Positions 1 to 8,479 of a DNA stretch of 64,000 bases are shown piece after piece; the stretch's first letter is position 1, and the number at the start of each line of letters is the position of its first letter. This stretch comes from Escherichia phage p000y. Below the pieces are notes generated by a model. It was not told where the DNA came from, did not search any database, and saw only the letters and a list, made by a program, of their open reading frames with translations. The stretch lies in sequence record MK047718.1. One strand, written 5' to 3'. The position numbers and the translations under genes are program-made.

Positions 1-84
1 TCTTCAATGTAGAATGGCTATTATTAACAGTAAACGACTACCAGGAAAAGCTTCTAAAGCAGTGATTAAAATCTAGAGGTAAAC

Positions 85-627
85 ATGAGAAAAGCACTAC
101 TCGCTGGTCTATTTGCTCTTTCGTTATCAGCACATAGCTCCGAGCATACTTTTAGTAATGTCCAACTCGATAACTTGAATTATGCTTATCAGTTTGGGGA
201 ACAGTTTTCTAAGGATGGAAAATTTAAAACGCATGAAAATATGCATAAGAAAGGACTTGGATACATAATGGCCGCAATACTATGGCAGGAATCATCTGCC
301 GGTATTAATCTTAAAGATAAGAAAGGTCACCATGCGTATGGAATGTTCCAAAATTATCTACCAACAATGAGGGCAAGAATTAACCAACTTGGTTATAATA
401 TGACTGATGCCCAAATTAAGAAAATGCTATCTAAGCGGTCTAATTCAGCCAGATGGGCTTATATCGAATTTTCTTATTGGTTAAATATACATAACGGGGA
501 TATAAGAAAAGCTATATCCTCATATAATGCGGGATGGAAGACAAGTGCCGGAAGTAAATATGCTTCTGAAGTCCTAGAAAAGGCTAATTACCTTAAATCA
601 AATAAACTACTGGAAATAAAAGAATGA
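85..627 (+). CDS. Secreted lytic transglycosylase-like (lysozyme-fold) protein, 180 aa
   Basis: N-terminal signal peptide (MRKALLAGLFALSLSAHS); SLT-type motifs QESS, GMFQ and YNAG in the translation. Confidence 0.5.
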   Translation: MRKALLAGLFALSLSAHSSEHTFSNVQLDNLNYAYQFGEQFSKDGKFKTHENMHKKGLGYIMAAILWQESSAGINLKDKKGHHAYGMFQNYLPTMRARINQLGYNMTDAQIKKMLSKRSNSARWAYIEFSYWLNIHNGDIRKAISSYNAGWKTSAGSKYASEVLEKANYLKSNKLLEIKE

Positions 628-971
628 CCAAAATGTTGGCTTTAATAGTTAGCTTGGTTTCATTTAACGCTCTTGCTAATACTACATATACTGATGTAAC
701 GGAGTATACAAACAGAACGGCGTCTGATTATTGTGGTAAAAGTCAAGAGTGTAAAGTAGATTTTTCACAAAAATTGTTATATGCGTATAAAGACGGAGAA
801 AAAGACGGGGCGTCTAGTAGGTTCAAGGCGTCTACCTTAATTAAAAGATACTATAAAAAATGGCAAATATTAGAATGCTCGGTGGCGGAACCTAAAGATA
901 AGGCAGCATGCAATTCTATGGTGGACCGTCTAGTTGACTCTTATAATAGAGGACTTGCAGCAAGTGATTAA
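624..971 (+). CDS. Small secreted Cys-containing protein, 115 aa
   Basis: Signal-peptide-like N-terminus; ATGA start/stop overlap with the upstream ORF. Confidence 0.4.
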   Translation: MTKMLALIVSLVSFNALANTTYTDVTEYTNRTASDYCGKSQECKVDFSQKLLYAYKDGEKDGASSRFKASTLIKRYYKKWQILECSVAEPKDKAACNSMVDRLVDSYNRGLAASD

Positions 972-1431
972 AAACTATATCAAGGGCGATATTGTCGCCC
1001 TGTTTTCTAAAGGTAATAATATTGCTCATGGGTGTAATTGTTTTCATACAATGGGCGCCGGTGTAGCAGGCCAATTAGCAAAGGCTTATCCAAAAATTTT
1101 AGAAGCCGATAAACTTCAAACCGAATTCGGAGACAAGTCTAAACTCGGGACTTATTCGGTTTATGAAAAATATTTTAAGACCCATAAAGCTTATTGCTTT
1201 AATCTTTATACACAGTTTGAGCCGGGACCTAATTTTGAGTACTCTGCTTTAATGAATTGTATAATAGAATTAAATGAATTCGGAAAGAATAAGATAATAA
1301 AGCCTGTAATTTATATGCCAAGAATTGGTGCAGGTATTGGTGGTGGAAACTGGGATGTCATCGAAGAGATTTTAGATACGTATTCTACTAAACTAGAAAT
1401 TGTGATTGTTGATTGGGAACCGTTATTATGA
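934..1431 (+). CDS. Macro-domain (ADP-ribose binding/processing) protein
   Basis: HGCNCF...MGAGVAGQL glycine-rich loop typical of macro domains; no in-frame ATG at the 5' end, so the start is uncertain (TTG 934 or GTG 964). Confidence 0.5.
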   Translation: MTLIIEDLQQVIKNYIKGDIVALFSKGNNIAHGCNCFHTMGAGVAGQLAKAYPKILEADKLQTEFGDKSKLGTYSVYEKYFKTHKAYCFNLYTQFEPGPNFEYSALMNCIIELNEFGKNKIIKPVIYMPRIGAGIGGGNWDVIEEILDTYSTKLEIVIVDWEPLL

Positions 1432-1640
1432 ATATACATTATCCACATCCATATGACCCAAAGAATAAGGCAGTAATTATTCGTCAATGGGAACGCATTT
1501 GTCGTACCAAATGTCCAATTAATAGTCAACATGATGTAGATAAAGACTACATCGGAACATTCGTTGAATATACCTTTATTGATAAGAAAGGCCATAAACA
1601 ACATGTAGAAGAATATTGCTTAAAGGTGACATGGCTATGA
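1428..1640 (+). CDS. Hypothetical protein, 70 aa
   Basis: ATG 1428 overlaps the upstream stop (ATGA); His/Cys-containing translation. Confidence 0.4.
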   Translation: MNIHYPHPYDPKNKAVIIRQWERICRTKCPINSQHDVDKDYIGTFVEYTFIDKKGHKQHVEEYCLKVTWL

Positions 1641-1843
1641 GTCAAACAAAAATTCTTACAGGTGCTAAATGCGAAAAATGCGAATGGCCTGTAGTTTTTG
1701 CTTTATGCAATGACGAAATGGCTTGTGATTTTGATTATTGGTGTTACTGTTCGAACAAAGGTTGTAGCAATCATAAAGGTGAAGGGTTTTACTCAGGGTT
1801 TTACCCTTACCCAGATTTCGTTAAAGAAGGTGAACCTAAATGA
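1637..1843 (+). CDS. Cys-rich small protein, 68 aa (probable metal-binding)
   Basis: ATGA coupling; multiple CxxC-type pairs (CEKCEW, CYCSNKGC). Confidence 0.4.
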   Translation: MSQTKILTGAKCEKCEWPVVFALCNDEMACDFDYWCYCSNKGCSNHKGEGFYSGFYPYPDFVKEGEPK

Positions 1844-2022
1844 AATTGACTAAAGAAGAGAAAACTAAACTGTTTGAACTTATCCATGACCTATTGGATG
1901 AGCAAGCAGCCACCAATGCGTATGATGAATATGCTCCTTTGACGGACGAAGAATATCAAGCATTGTTGGAATCATTTGACAGGAAAGAACAAGAACTCAT
2001 TGACTACGTGAATTCACTATAA
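1840..2022 (+). CDS. Acidic hypothetical protein, 60 aa
   Basis: ATGA-coupled ORF immediately upstream of tk. Confidence 0.35.
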   Translation: MKLTKEEKTKLFELIHDLLDEQAATNAYDEYAPLTDEEYQALLESFDRKEQELIDYVNSL

Positions 2023-2031
2023 GGGACTCTT

Positions 2032-2613
2032 ATGGCTAGTTTAATTTTTACCTATGCCGCTATGAACGCTGGTAAGTCTGCTTCATTACTTACTGCCGCA
2101 CATAACTATAAAGAACGTGGCATGGGTGTATTAGTTCTTAAACCGGCTATTGATACTCGCGATTCAAAAGGTGAAATAGTCTCTCGTATTGGTATTCGTC
2201 AGGACGCCAATATAATTACAAAAGACATGGATATCTTTGAATTTTATAAATGGGCTGCAGCACAAAAGGATATTCACTGCGTATTTGTTGACGAAGCTCA
2301 GTTCTTAACTACTGAAAAGGTGTATCAACTTAGTCGTATTGTTGACGTGTACAATGTGCCGGTAATGGCATATGGACTACGAACAGATTTTAAAGGTAAT
2401 CTATTTGAAGGTTCTCAAGCATTAATGGCTATTGCCGATAAGCTTGTTGAACTTAAAGGTGTCTGTCATTGTGGTAAAAAGGCCACAATGGTAGCTAGAG
2501 TCACGGAAGACGGACTTCCAATTACAGATGGCAGTCAAATTGAAATTGGTGATACCGATAGATATGTGTCATTATGCCGGAAGCATTGGAATGATTTGAC
2601 AGGGTTGTTATAA
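2032..2613 (+). CDS. tk: Thymidine kinase
   Basis: 193 aa, P-loop AAMNAGKSASLL, C-terminal zinc ribbon CHCGKKA...; T4 tk family. Confidence 0.92.
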   Translation: MASLIFTYAAMNAGKSASLLTAAHNYKERGMGVLVLKPAIDTRDSKGEIVSRIGIRQDANIITKDMDIFEFYKWAAAQKDIHCVFVDEAQFLTTEKVYQLSRIVDVYNVPVMAYGLRTDFKGNLFEGSQALMAIADKLVELKGVCHCGKKATMVARVTEDGLPITDGSQIEIGDTDRYVSLCRKHWNDLTGLL

Positions 2614-2640
2614 ATACTAATATCTAACCAAGAGGTATAT

Positions 2641-2853
2641 ATGCAGCAATTAAACGAAAGACAACTTCGTAATCTTACTGTAACCCAATTAGATGAAATC
2701 CGAAGAGAATTAGGACATTCTATTTCTCATTTAAACGAGGATATCCGTCAAACTGGTTCTAAAGCTGATTATACACGCAAGCGCAAGCTGGAAAAATACC
2801 TCACAGATGTTAAGGCCGTCCAAAGGCGAAAAATAAATACTGGCCAAAATTAA
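2641..2853 (+). CDS. Hypothetical protein, 70 aa
   Basis: ORF with RBS AAGAGG upstream; sits between tk and rI as T4 rI.1 does. Confidence 0.4.
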   Translation: MQQLNERQLRNLTVTQLDEIRRELGHSISHLNEDIRQTGSKADYTRKRKLEKYLTDVKAVQRRKINTGQN

Positions 2854-2865
2854 CAGGAGGCCTAT

Positions 2866-3168
2866 ATGGCCTTAAGAGCGATAGCTGTCATAGCGATGCT
2901 GGGGTTTTTTGCAGCAACAACTCCTATCGTTGGTACTGCACATATCGACCCATATTTTGATAACTTTATGGAATCAGGGATTAAAAACGTATATACTTTG
3001 TTTGAAATTCAAAATGTCGAGAATTCTGAAAAATTCTATAAGTATATGGCAAAGCATTACAAAAATAGCCCCTGTGATGATGCATTTGAATGTCATGAAC
3101 AAGGCATAAAAACTGCCAGACAATTTGCCGAGTTCATGAAAATAAAATTAGAGCCTACATCTATCTAA
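2866..3168 (+). CDS. rI: Lysis inhibition regulator rI (membrane-anchored periplasmic protein)
   Basis: 100 aa; N-terminal hydrophobic anchor then DPYFDNFMESGI...; reads as a T4 rI homologue; RBS AGGAGG. Confidence 0.8.
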   Translation: MALRAIAVIAMLGFFAATTPIVGTAHIDPYFDNFMESGIKNVYTLFEIQNVENSEKFYKYMAKHYKNSPCDDAFECHEQGIKTARQFAEFMKIKLEPTSI

Positions 3169-3174
3169 TTTACT

Positions 3175-3203
3175 AGCCCCTTCCGAAAGGTCGGGGCTTT
3201 TTG
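3175..3203 (+). terminator. Rho-independent terminator after rI
   Basis: AGCCCC...GGGGCT stem with inner CC-GAAA-GG, followed by TTTTT. Confidence 0.6.
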
Positions 3204-3213
3204 GCATCTATCA

Positions 3214-3242
3214 GTTTACTTCTCCTCAGGTTGTGTTATAGT
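3214..3242 (+). promoter_or_regulatory. Early sigma70-type promoter (GTTTAC -35, TATAGT -10)
   Basis: GTTTAC 3214-3219, 17-bp spacer, TATAGT 3237-3242. Confidence 0.55.
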
Positions 3243-3269
3243 AAACCTTACTTACTAGAGGAGAACGTT

Positions 3270-3449
3270 ATGTCACGTAAAGAAAAAATTTCTAAGTTAA
3301 TGTTTTTGATTGAAGAGTACGCTAATGCGGTATCTGATTGGGAAAATGCTCATGGTTGCGAAGATGGAGACATCGACATTAACAGAGCTATGAAAAAGAT
3401 GGCCGAAGCCCACACCGAATTGCAAATGTATGTTAACGAGATTATGTGA
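3270..3449 (+). CDS. Hypothetical protein, 59 aa
   Basis: RBS GAGGAG upstream of ATG 3270. Confidence 0.4.
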   Translation: MSRKEKISKLMFLIEEYANAVSDWENAHGCEDGDIDINRAMKKMAEAHTELQMYVNEIM

Positions 3450-3456
3450 GGATATT

Positions 3457-3663
3457 ATGCTTTACGATTATACTGGAAAATCTGAAGACGGTGTACTTGA
3501 ACTTTTACCTGAAAGCGCTGAAGATGATGATATGGTGGTGATGTTTTGTAAAAATGGCCCTGGGGATAAGGGATGGATTTATCTTCGTCAAGAAAATGAC
3601 TTAATTGTTTTGGACCCTAAACAAGTTGAAGAACTTTATCAACATTTAAAACACAATCGGTAG
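3457..3663 (+). CDS. Hypothetical acidic protein, 68 aa
   Basis: RBS GTGAGG upstream of ATG 3457. Confidence 0.4.
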   Translation: MLYDYTGKSEDGVLELLPESAEDDDMVVMFCKNGPGDKGWIYLRQENDLIVLDPKQVEELYQHLKHNR

Positions 3664-3698
3664 TTTACATCTTGGTAGGACTATGTTATAGTAGTCCT
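3663..3698 (+). promoter_or_regulatory. Early promoter with embedded stem-loop (PeSL-like cassette)
   Basis: GTTTAC 3663-3668, TATAGT 3687-3692; 8-bp inverted repeat TAGGACTA/TAGTCCTA spans the -10. Confidence 0.55.
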
Positions 3699-3827
3699 AT
3701 CAAAACAAACGGAGAACAAAATGAAACTTTTGCTTATCGCTTATGTTGTAGTACAATACAATTATCCGATGTTTACTTATAACATGGTAAACGGCATAGT
3801 GAATCTTATTGAAACGAGTATGGTAAA

Positions 3828-4007
3828 ATGACCCGTGAACAAGCTAATAAATTGATGGAACTTATCCGTAACTTACGTGAAGCCGATTCAGATTTGAATG
3901 ATGTAGCTTATCATGCAGTAAATGATAACGAAGACTTTTATGAAAATCAGGTTGATGCTTGTCTGAATGATTTGGTGAATTTTGTTGAAACTTTAATTGG
4001 TGAATAA
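3828..4007 (+). CDS. Hypothetical acidic protein, 59 aa
   Basis: ORF below the track threshold; ATGA-coupled to a preceding 36-aa ORF (3721-3831) that has a strong RBS AACGGAG. Confidence 0.35.
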   Translation: MTREQANKLMELIRNLREADSDLNDVAYHAVNDNEDFYENQVDACLNDLVNFVETLIGE

Positions 4008-4008
4008 T

Positions 4009-4539
4009 ATGAAAACTGTAATTGAAACAACCGAGTTGTTTGGCGATTTATGTATCGAAAAACGTGGTTATGCTTACGTTCTGACACAAGAAGATGATGC
4101 TGTTACTATTCTTCCTATGGAACTGGACAAGATTTTGAAACTCAATCCGCCCGGCCATGCATCTGTAATTAACATTGATGAAGACCTTCAAGTTCGTTTT
4201 TATCACGGTCTTTATAGTGGGGTTAATATCGAAACAGAAGATGAATGCCTTTCTATCAATAATTGGAAAACATTCGTCACTAAGGTGAAAGAATTAATGG
4301 AATCTGAAACAGCCAAAAAGGCCAAACTTCAATGGGCTAAATGCCGTAATGCTTTTATTACAAATCAGGACCGCCCTGACTATACAACAGTCCTAGGCGT
4401 TAATCCTTCTTATGAAGACGGTGATGTCGTAGTTATTCGCCAAATTGATGACCTTCGTCAACATATCATTACATTAGACAAAGATGAAGCAGTTGCTCTT
4501 AAAGCTTATCTTGATTCTATTATCCCAACCTTGAAATAA
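4009..4539 (+). CDS. Hypothetical protein, 176 aa
   Basis: ATG 4009 (the track ORF begins at an upstream TTG). Confidence 0.45.
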   Translation: MKTVIETTELFGDLCIEKRGYAYVLTQEDDAVTILPMELDKILKLNPPGHASVINIDEDLQVRFYHGLYSGVNIETEDECLSINNWKTFVTKVKELMESETAKKAKLQWAKCRNAFITNQDRPDYTTVLGVNPSYEDGDVVVIRQIDDLRQHIITLDKDEAVALKAYLDSIIPTLK

Positions 4540-4549
4540 GGAAATTATT

Positions 4550-5023
4550 ATGATTATCAATGAAAACTCTTGGCACTTTAAAATTTATGCCACGTTTAAT
4601 AGTACATGGAATCGTCCGAAAACGTTGTGTGCTTATTTTTGGAAAACGCTAATCCCGGTATTGGCTGCTTCAATTATTGGATTTGCGATTTTAGCAGCAG
4701 TCACAATCATTGGTCAGGAAATTTTAACTAAATTCTTTGTTTTTAGCAGTCTATGGACATTAGTTCCAGCTTCAATTGGTATAGGCATTTTAACAATATC
4801 AGTAATGGTTCTTATTGCTGTCGGGGCGGTAATTGGTCCATCTTGGTTATTAGACAAATATAACGACAGAAAATATTATAAAGAAATTGAGCTCATTGCA
4901 CAAAACCAAGAACGAATTAAAAATGGACTTGAGCCTATTGAACGTAAGAAATCATTAATAGGTGAATACATTAAAGCTCGTAAAGAAAAAGTCTGTCCTA
5001 CTCTTGAATATAAGGCTAAATGA
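4550..5023 (+). CDS. Integral membrane protein, 157 aa
   Basis: Several long hydrophobic segments (LIPVLAASIIGFAILAAVTIIG..., LVPASIGIGILTISVMVLIAVGAVIG). Confidence 0.5.
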   Translation: MIINENSWHFKIYATFNSTWNRPKTLCAYFWKTLIPVLAASIIGFAILAAVTIIGQEILTKFFVFSSLWTLVPASIGIGILTISVMVLIAVGAVIGPSWLLDKYNDRKYYKEIELIAQNQERIKNGLEPIERKKSLIGEYIKARKEKVCPTLEYKAK

Positions 5024-6009
5024 TGAAAACAATTATGAAAGGCTACTTTGGTAGCCACCTTTATGGAACGTCTACTCCTGAATCTGACGTCGATTTTAAA
5101 GAAATTTATGTCCCTCATGCTCGTGATATCTTGACCGGTAACGTTAAAGAACACATGAGCAAGAACACTAACAACACTGCTTCTAAGAACACAAAAGACG
5201 ACGTGGACCATGAGTTGTATAGTCTCAAATATTTCTTTAAACTAGCTGCAGATGGTGAAACCGTCGCATTAGATATGCTTCACACCCCACAAAGTCTAGT
5301 AGTTAAATCTGATTTGCCTGATGTATGGAAGTATATTCAAGATAACAGGTCTCGTTTCTATACCACTAACATGAAATCTTATTTAGGGTATGTCCGTAAG
5401 CAAGCTTCTAAATATGGTGTCAAGGGTTCTCGACTGGCTGTTCTTCGTCAAGCCCTTAAACGTTCTAATGAATGGGGACAATACTTTGATAATGGTGCAG
5501 TAATTCGTTTATCACATATGAAGAACGTTCTGCCTGTAGGTGAATTTGCTTCATGGGTTGAAACCGAAAACGAGAAAACAGGTAAGCAAACATTCTATAA
5601 TCTGTTGGACCGTAAATTCCAAGACACGTTAACCAATAAAGAGTTCAATGCCATCCTGGTTAAACTGGAAGAGAACTATGGTGAACGTGCTCGTAAGGCG
5701 GAAGCCAACGAAGGTATTGACTGGAAAGCATTGAGTCATGCATGTCGTGGTGGACTTCAACTATTGGAAATTTATAAAACCGGTGACTTGGTTTACCCAC
5801 TTCAGGATGCTCCATTTATTCTCGATGTTAAGCTTGGTAAACATACGTTTAAAACTGTACAAGAATTCCTAGAAGATATTGTTGACCAAGTTGAACATGC
5901 GTCAGAACAAGCTGCCAAGAATGGTATGCAACAAAAAGTAGATATGAGTTTCTGGGATGATTTCCTTGAGCAAGTCTATCTCGAAAATCATAATTCTTAC
6001 TATAAATAA
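5020..6009 (+). CDS. Pol-beta-superfamily nucleotidyltransferase-fold protein, 329 aa
   Basis: GS-x(n)-DhD motif GSHLYGTSTPESDVDF plus a downstream acidic ETVALDML, the hallmark of minimal NTases; ATGA-coupled to the membrane protein. Confidence 0.5.
   Translation: MMKTIMKGYFGSHLYGTSTPESDVDFKEIYVPHARDILTGNVKEHMSKNTNNTASKNTKDDVDHELYSLKYFFKLAADGETVALDMLHTPQSLVVKSDLPDVWKYIQDNRSRFYTTNMKSYLGYVRKQASKYGVKGSRLAVLRQALKRSNEWGQYFDNGAVIRLSHMKNVLPVGEFASWVETENEKTGKQTFYNLLDRKFQDTLTNKEFNAILVKLEENYGERARKAEANEGIDWKALSHACRGGLQLLEIYKTGDLVYPLQDAPFILDVKLGKHTFKTVQEFLEDIVDQVEHASEQAAKNGMQQKVDMSFWDDFLEQVYLENHNSYYK
6001..6008 (+). promoter_or_regulatory. Candidate late promoter (TATAAATA)
   Basis: Exact TATAAATA about 33 nt upstream of the 6041 start. 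Confidence 0.35.
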
Positions 6010-6040
6010 ATAGATAAATAACCATTCACTTGAGGTAAAT

Positions 6041-6307
6041 ATGAAAAAATTAGTAATTGGTTTATTCGCAGTAATGATGGCGTTCTCTGTTGGTGCTACC
6101 ACGGGTGCAGGAGCTGGTGGTAACCAGTCTTCTGGGCCTTCCAATGGTTCGGTAAATGCATCACATTCTCAGGGTATTGAGAATATCAAATCAAGCTATA
6201 TTAATAGCACGGCTGGACAAGCAACTGAAGCATGGTCAAAGGGCCGAGTAGTTACTCACTCTGTATTCTGTGATATGCCTAATTATGTTGCTAAGTGCGA
6301 TAAGTAA
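6041..6307 (+). CDS. Small secreted Gly/Ser-rich protein, 88 aa
   Basis: Signal peptide MKKLVIGLFAVMMAFSVGA; RBS TGAGG. Confidence 0.5.
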   Translation: MKKLVIGLFAVMMAFSVGATTGAGAGGNQSSGPSNGSVNASHSQGIENIKSSYINSTAGQATEAWSKGRVVTHSVFCDMPNYVAKCDK

Positions 6308-6311
6308 ATGT

Positions 6312-6333
6312 GGGGACCTTCGGGTCCCTTTAG
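6312..6333 (+). terminator. Rho-independent terminator (UUCG tetraloop hairpin)
   Basis: GGGACC-TTCG-GGTCCC followed by TTT. Confidence 0.6.
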
Positions 6334-6358
6334 GGGGTTAAAATATTTTAAAAAAGTA

Positions 6359-6387
6359 GTGTACATGCTTTTAGGATATGTTATTAT
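6359..6387 (+). promoter_or_regulatory. Early promoter (GTGTAC -35, TATTAT -10)
   Basis: 17-bp spacing; followed by the TATAGACCTATC element. Confidence 0.5.
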
Positions 6388-6425
6388 AGACCTATCGAAA
6401 CGAAATGAGTAAATTGGAGAATAAA

Positions 6426-7406
6426 ATGTTCAACGTTCAAATCAAAAAAGGTATCTATCGTAATAACGAAATCTCTGGATCTTATGTCGCCACAAAGACA
6501 TGGTTCCCAGCAAAGCTTAATCCTGAATGTTCCCACTTAGGTGATGGTAAAATTTTCGTTATGATTGATGGTTCTGAACGTGGAGTATGGGTCTTCAAAT
6601 CAGACATCGTAATGGAAGGAGTTGAGACATCACCAGTTGCAGTTGTTGAAAGCACTGAAGATATGAAAACTCGTATCAACAAACGCTTTAAAGTAATGAA
6701 CATGATGACGAATGGCATTATCGATGGCAAAATTCGTTCACTCATCATTTCAGGTGCAGCCGGTATTGGTAAGACGTATTCTCTGGATAAAGCACTTAAT
6801 AATGCTAATGATAATGGTTTCATCAAATACAAAAGCATTAATGGTAAAATCTCTGGTATCGGCCTTTACGAACAACTTTGGCTCAACCGTGATGCAGACA
6901 GCGTTCTCTTAATCGACGATGTTGATGTATTCTCTGATATGGATATCTTGAACCTTCTTAAAGCAGCATTAGATACCGGAGATAAACGCAAAGTTTGTTG
7001 GAGCACTGCGTCATCTTATCTTGATGATAAGGGTATTGATAAAGAATTTGAGTTTGAAGGTACTATCGTTTTCATTACAAACGTTGATATCGATAAAGAG
7101 TTAGAACGTGGTTCGAAACTTGCCCCACACCTTCAAGCTTTAGTATCTCGTTCAGTGTATCTCGACCTTGGAGTACACTCTAATGAAGAGATTATGGTTC
7201 GAGTTGAAGACGTAATATTATCTACTGACATGATGCAGAAACGTGGTCTGACTGATGCTGAAACGTACAAAGCATTGTCCTGGATGAAGGCTAACGTATC
7301 TCGTCTTCGCAATGTATCATTACGTACGGCTCTTTATGTAGCAGATTTTATTTCAACTGATAAAGATGGTTGGGAGGAAATCTCCGAAGTAACTTTACTG
7401 AAATAA
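6426..7406 (+). CDS. AAA+/P-loop ATPase, about 326 aa
   Basis: Walker A GAAGIGKT and Walker B LLIDDVD; start placed at ATG 6426 with RBS GGAG (the track ORF starts at 6405). Confidence 0.55.
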   Translation: MFNVQIKKGIYRNNEISGSYVATKTWFPAKLNPECSHLGDGKIFVMIDGSERGVWVFKSDIVMEGVETSPVAVVESTEDMKTRINKRFKVMNMMTNGIIDGKIRSLIISGAAGIGKTYSLDKALNNANDNGFIKYKSINGKISGIGLYEQLWLNRDADSVLLIDDVDVFSDMDILNLLKAALDTGDKRKVCWSTASSYLDDKGIDKEFEFEGTIVFITNVDIDKELERGSKLAPHLQALVSRSVYLDLGVHSNEEIMVRVEDVILSTDMMQKRGLTDAETYKALSWMKANVSRLRNVSLRTALYVADFISTDKDGWEEISEVTLLK

Positions 7407-7543
7407 GCTTATAGGAAGTTCTGAGGTAACAAAAGCCATAAAGATGAATAATCATATGGCTTACCTCAAAGAAGGACACCAGGAACCTACTGAGGGCATA
7501 GAAATATTTAAAATAATGATGTACAAATCAAAGAGGATATGTT

Positions 7544-7831
7544 ATGGATTTTATGCAAAAAATTAAAGCCGCAGTCGAACTCTATGCTCATCGTATAGTT
7601 AGTTCTACGATGCAATATAGCGAGGAGGTTCGCCAGGACTCTTCCTTGAAAGGAAAAACTAAAGCCTTAATTACCTTAGATCGTTTGCAAAAGAATGCCA
7701 TAGAGATGCTCCAGTACGACAAGGGTGTATATAAGAAAGAACAGGAAGAGAAACTTAAATCTGAAAAATTACAAAAAATCCCGAAGTCTGTTTGGTTCAG
7801 TGGAAAAAATACCGAAAAAAGTTTCTTTTAG
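7544..7831 (+). CDS. Hypothetical protein, 95 aa
   Basis: RBS AGAGGA upstream of ATG. Confidence 0.4.
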   Translation: MDFMQKIKAAVELYAHRIVSSTMQYSEEVRQDSSLKGKTKALITLDRLQKNAIEMLQYDKGVYKKEQEEKLKSEKLQKIPKSVWFSGKNTEKSFF

Positions 7832-7833
7832 TT

Positions 7834-7868
7834 GTTTACAAGGTCTATGGTTATGTTATTATAGACCT
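7834..7868 (+). promoter_or_regulatory. Early promoter with stem-loop (PeSL-like)
   Basis: GTTTAC 7834-7839, TATTAT 7857-7862; inverted repeat AGGTCTAT/ATAGACCT. Confidence 0.55.
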
Positions 7869-7889
7869 ATCAACTACTGGAGGTAAAAC

Positions 7890-8417
7890 ATGAACGCTAA
7901 AGATATTTTCAACCTGGTAAATTATAACGACGGTAAATTTAAATCTGAAGCACAAAGCAAGTTCTTTAACGATGTTGCTTATGGTAACGAGATTACCGTG
8001 GATGGAGGTCAGATTTTCAAATCTCGCTGGAATTGGATTGTTATCATCGATTCAGTTGGAATTGTGGAAGTCTACAAAAACACTAACAAAAAACGTACAT
8101 TATTCTGGTCTCGTGAAACTAACGAGCAGTACAAAAAGGATAAAGCATCTCGTTTATCCAAAGTAACCCAGGAAGATATCGACTTCATCAAGAAAGATAT
8201 CGAGATGTACGAAAATTTAATTGCTGAAGACCAGGCAGTACTCGATAAGTTTGATGAAATTAAAGCTTCTCGTGAAATCCCTGACTTCATGAAAGAAACA
8301 GTAAACGAACGATACGCTCTCACTTCAGAACGTATTGCAAACTACACAAAACAGAAAGCAGAACGTATTAGTACTCTTCGGAAATTTGAAGAACGTTTAA
8401 AGACGGTTCACGCATAA
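7890..8417 (+). CDS. Hypothetical protein, 175 aa
   Basis: RBS GGAGG upstream; C-terminal coiled-coil-like region. Confidence 0.45.
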   Translation: MNAKDIFNLVNYNDGKFKSEAQSKFFNDVAYGNEITVDGGQIFKSRWNWIVIIDSVGIVEVYKNTNKKRTLFWSRETNEQYKKDKASRLSKVTQEDIDFIKKDIEMYENLIAEDQAVLDKFDEIKASREIPDFMKETVNERYALTSERIANYTKQKAERISTLRKFEERLKTVHA

Positions 8418-8419
8418 AC

Positions 8420-8444
8420 GCTTTACCCAAGGACGGGTTATAAT
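8420..8444 (+). promoter_or_regulatory. Middle-type promoter (MotA-box-like GCTTTA plus TATAAT)
   Basis: GCTTTA 8420-8425, 13 nt, TATAAT 8439-8444; the spacer carries the CCAAGGACGG motif. Confidence 0.45.
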
Positions 8445-8479
8445 GGTTTTGAGTTCCAATTCAATCTGAGGAAATAGTT

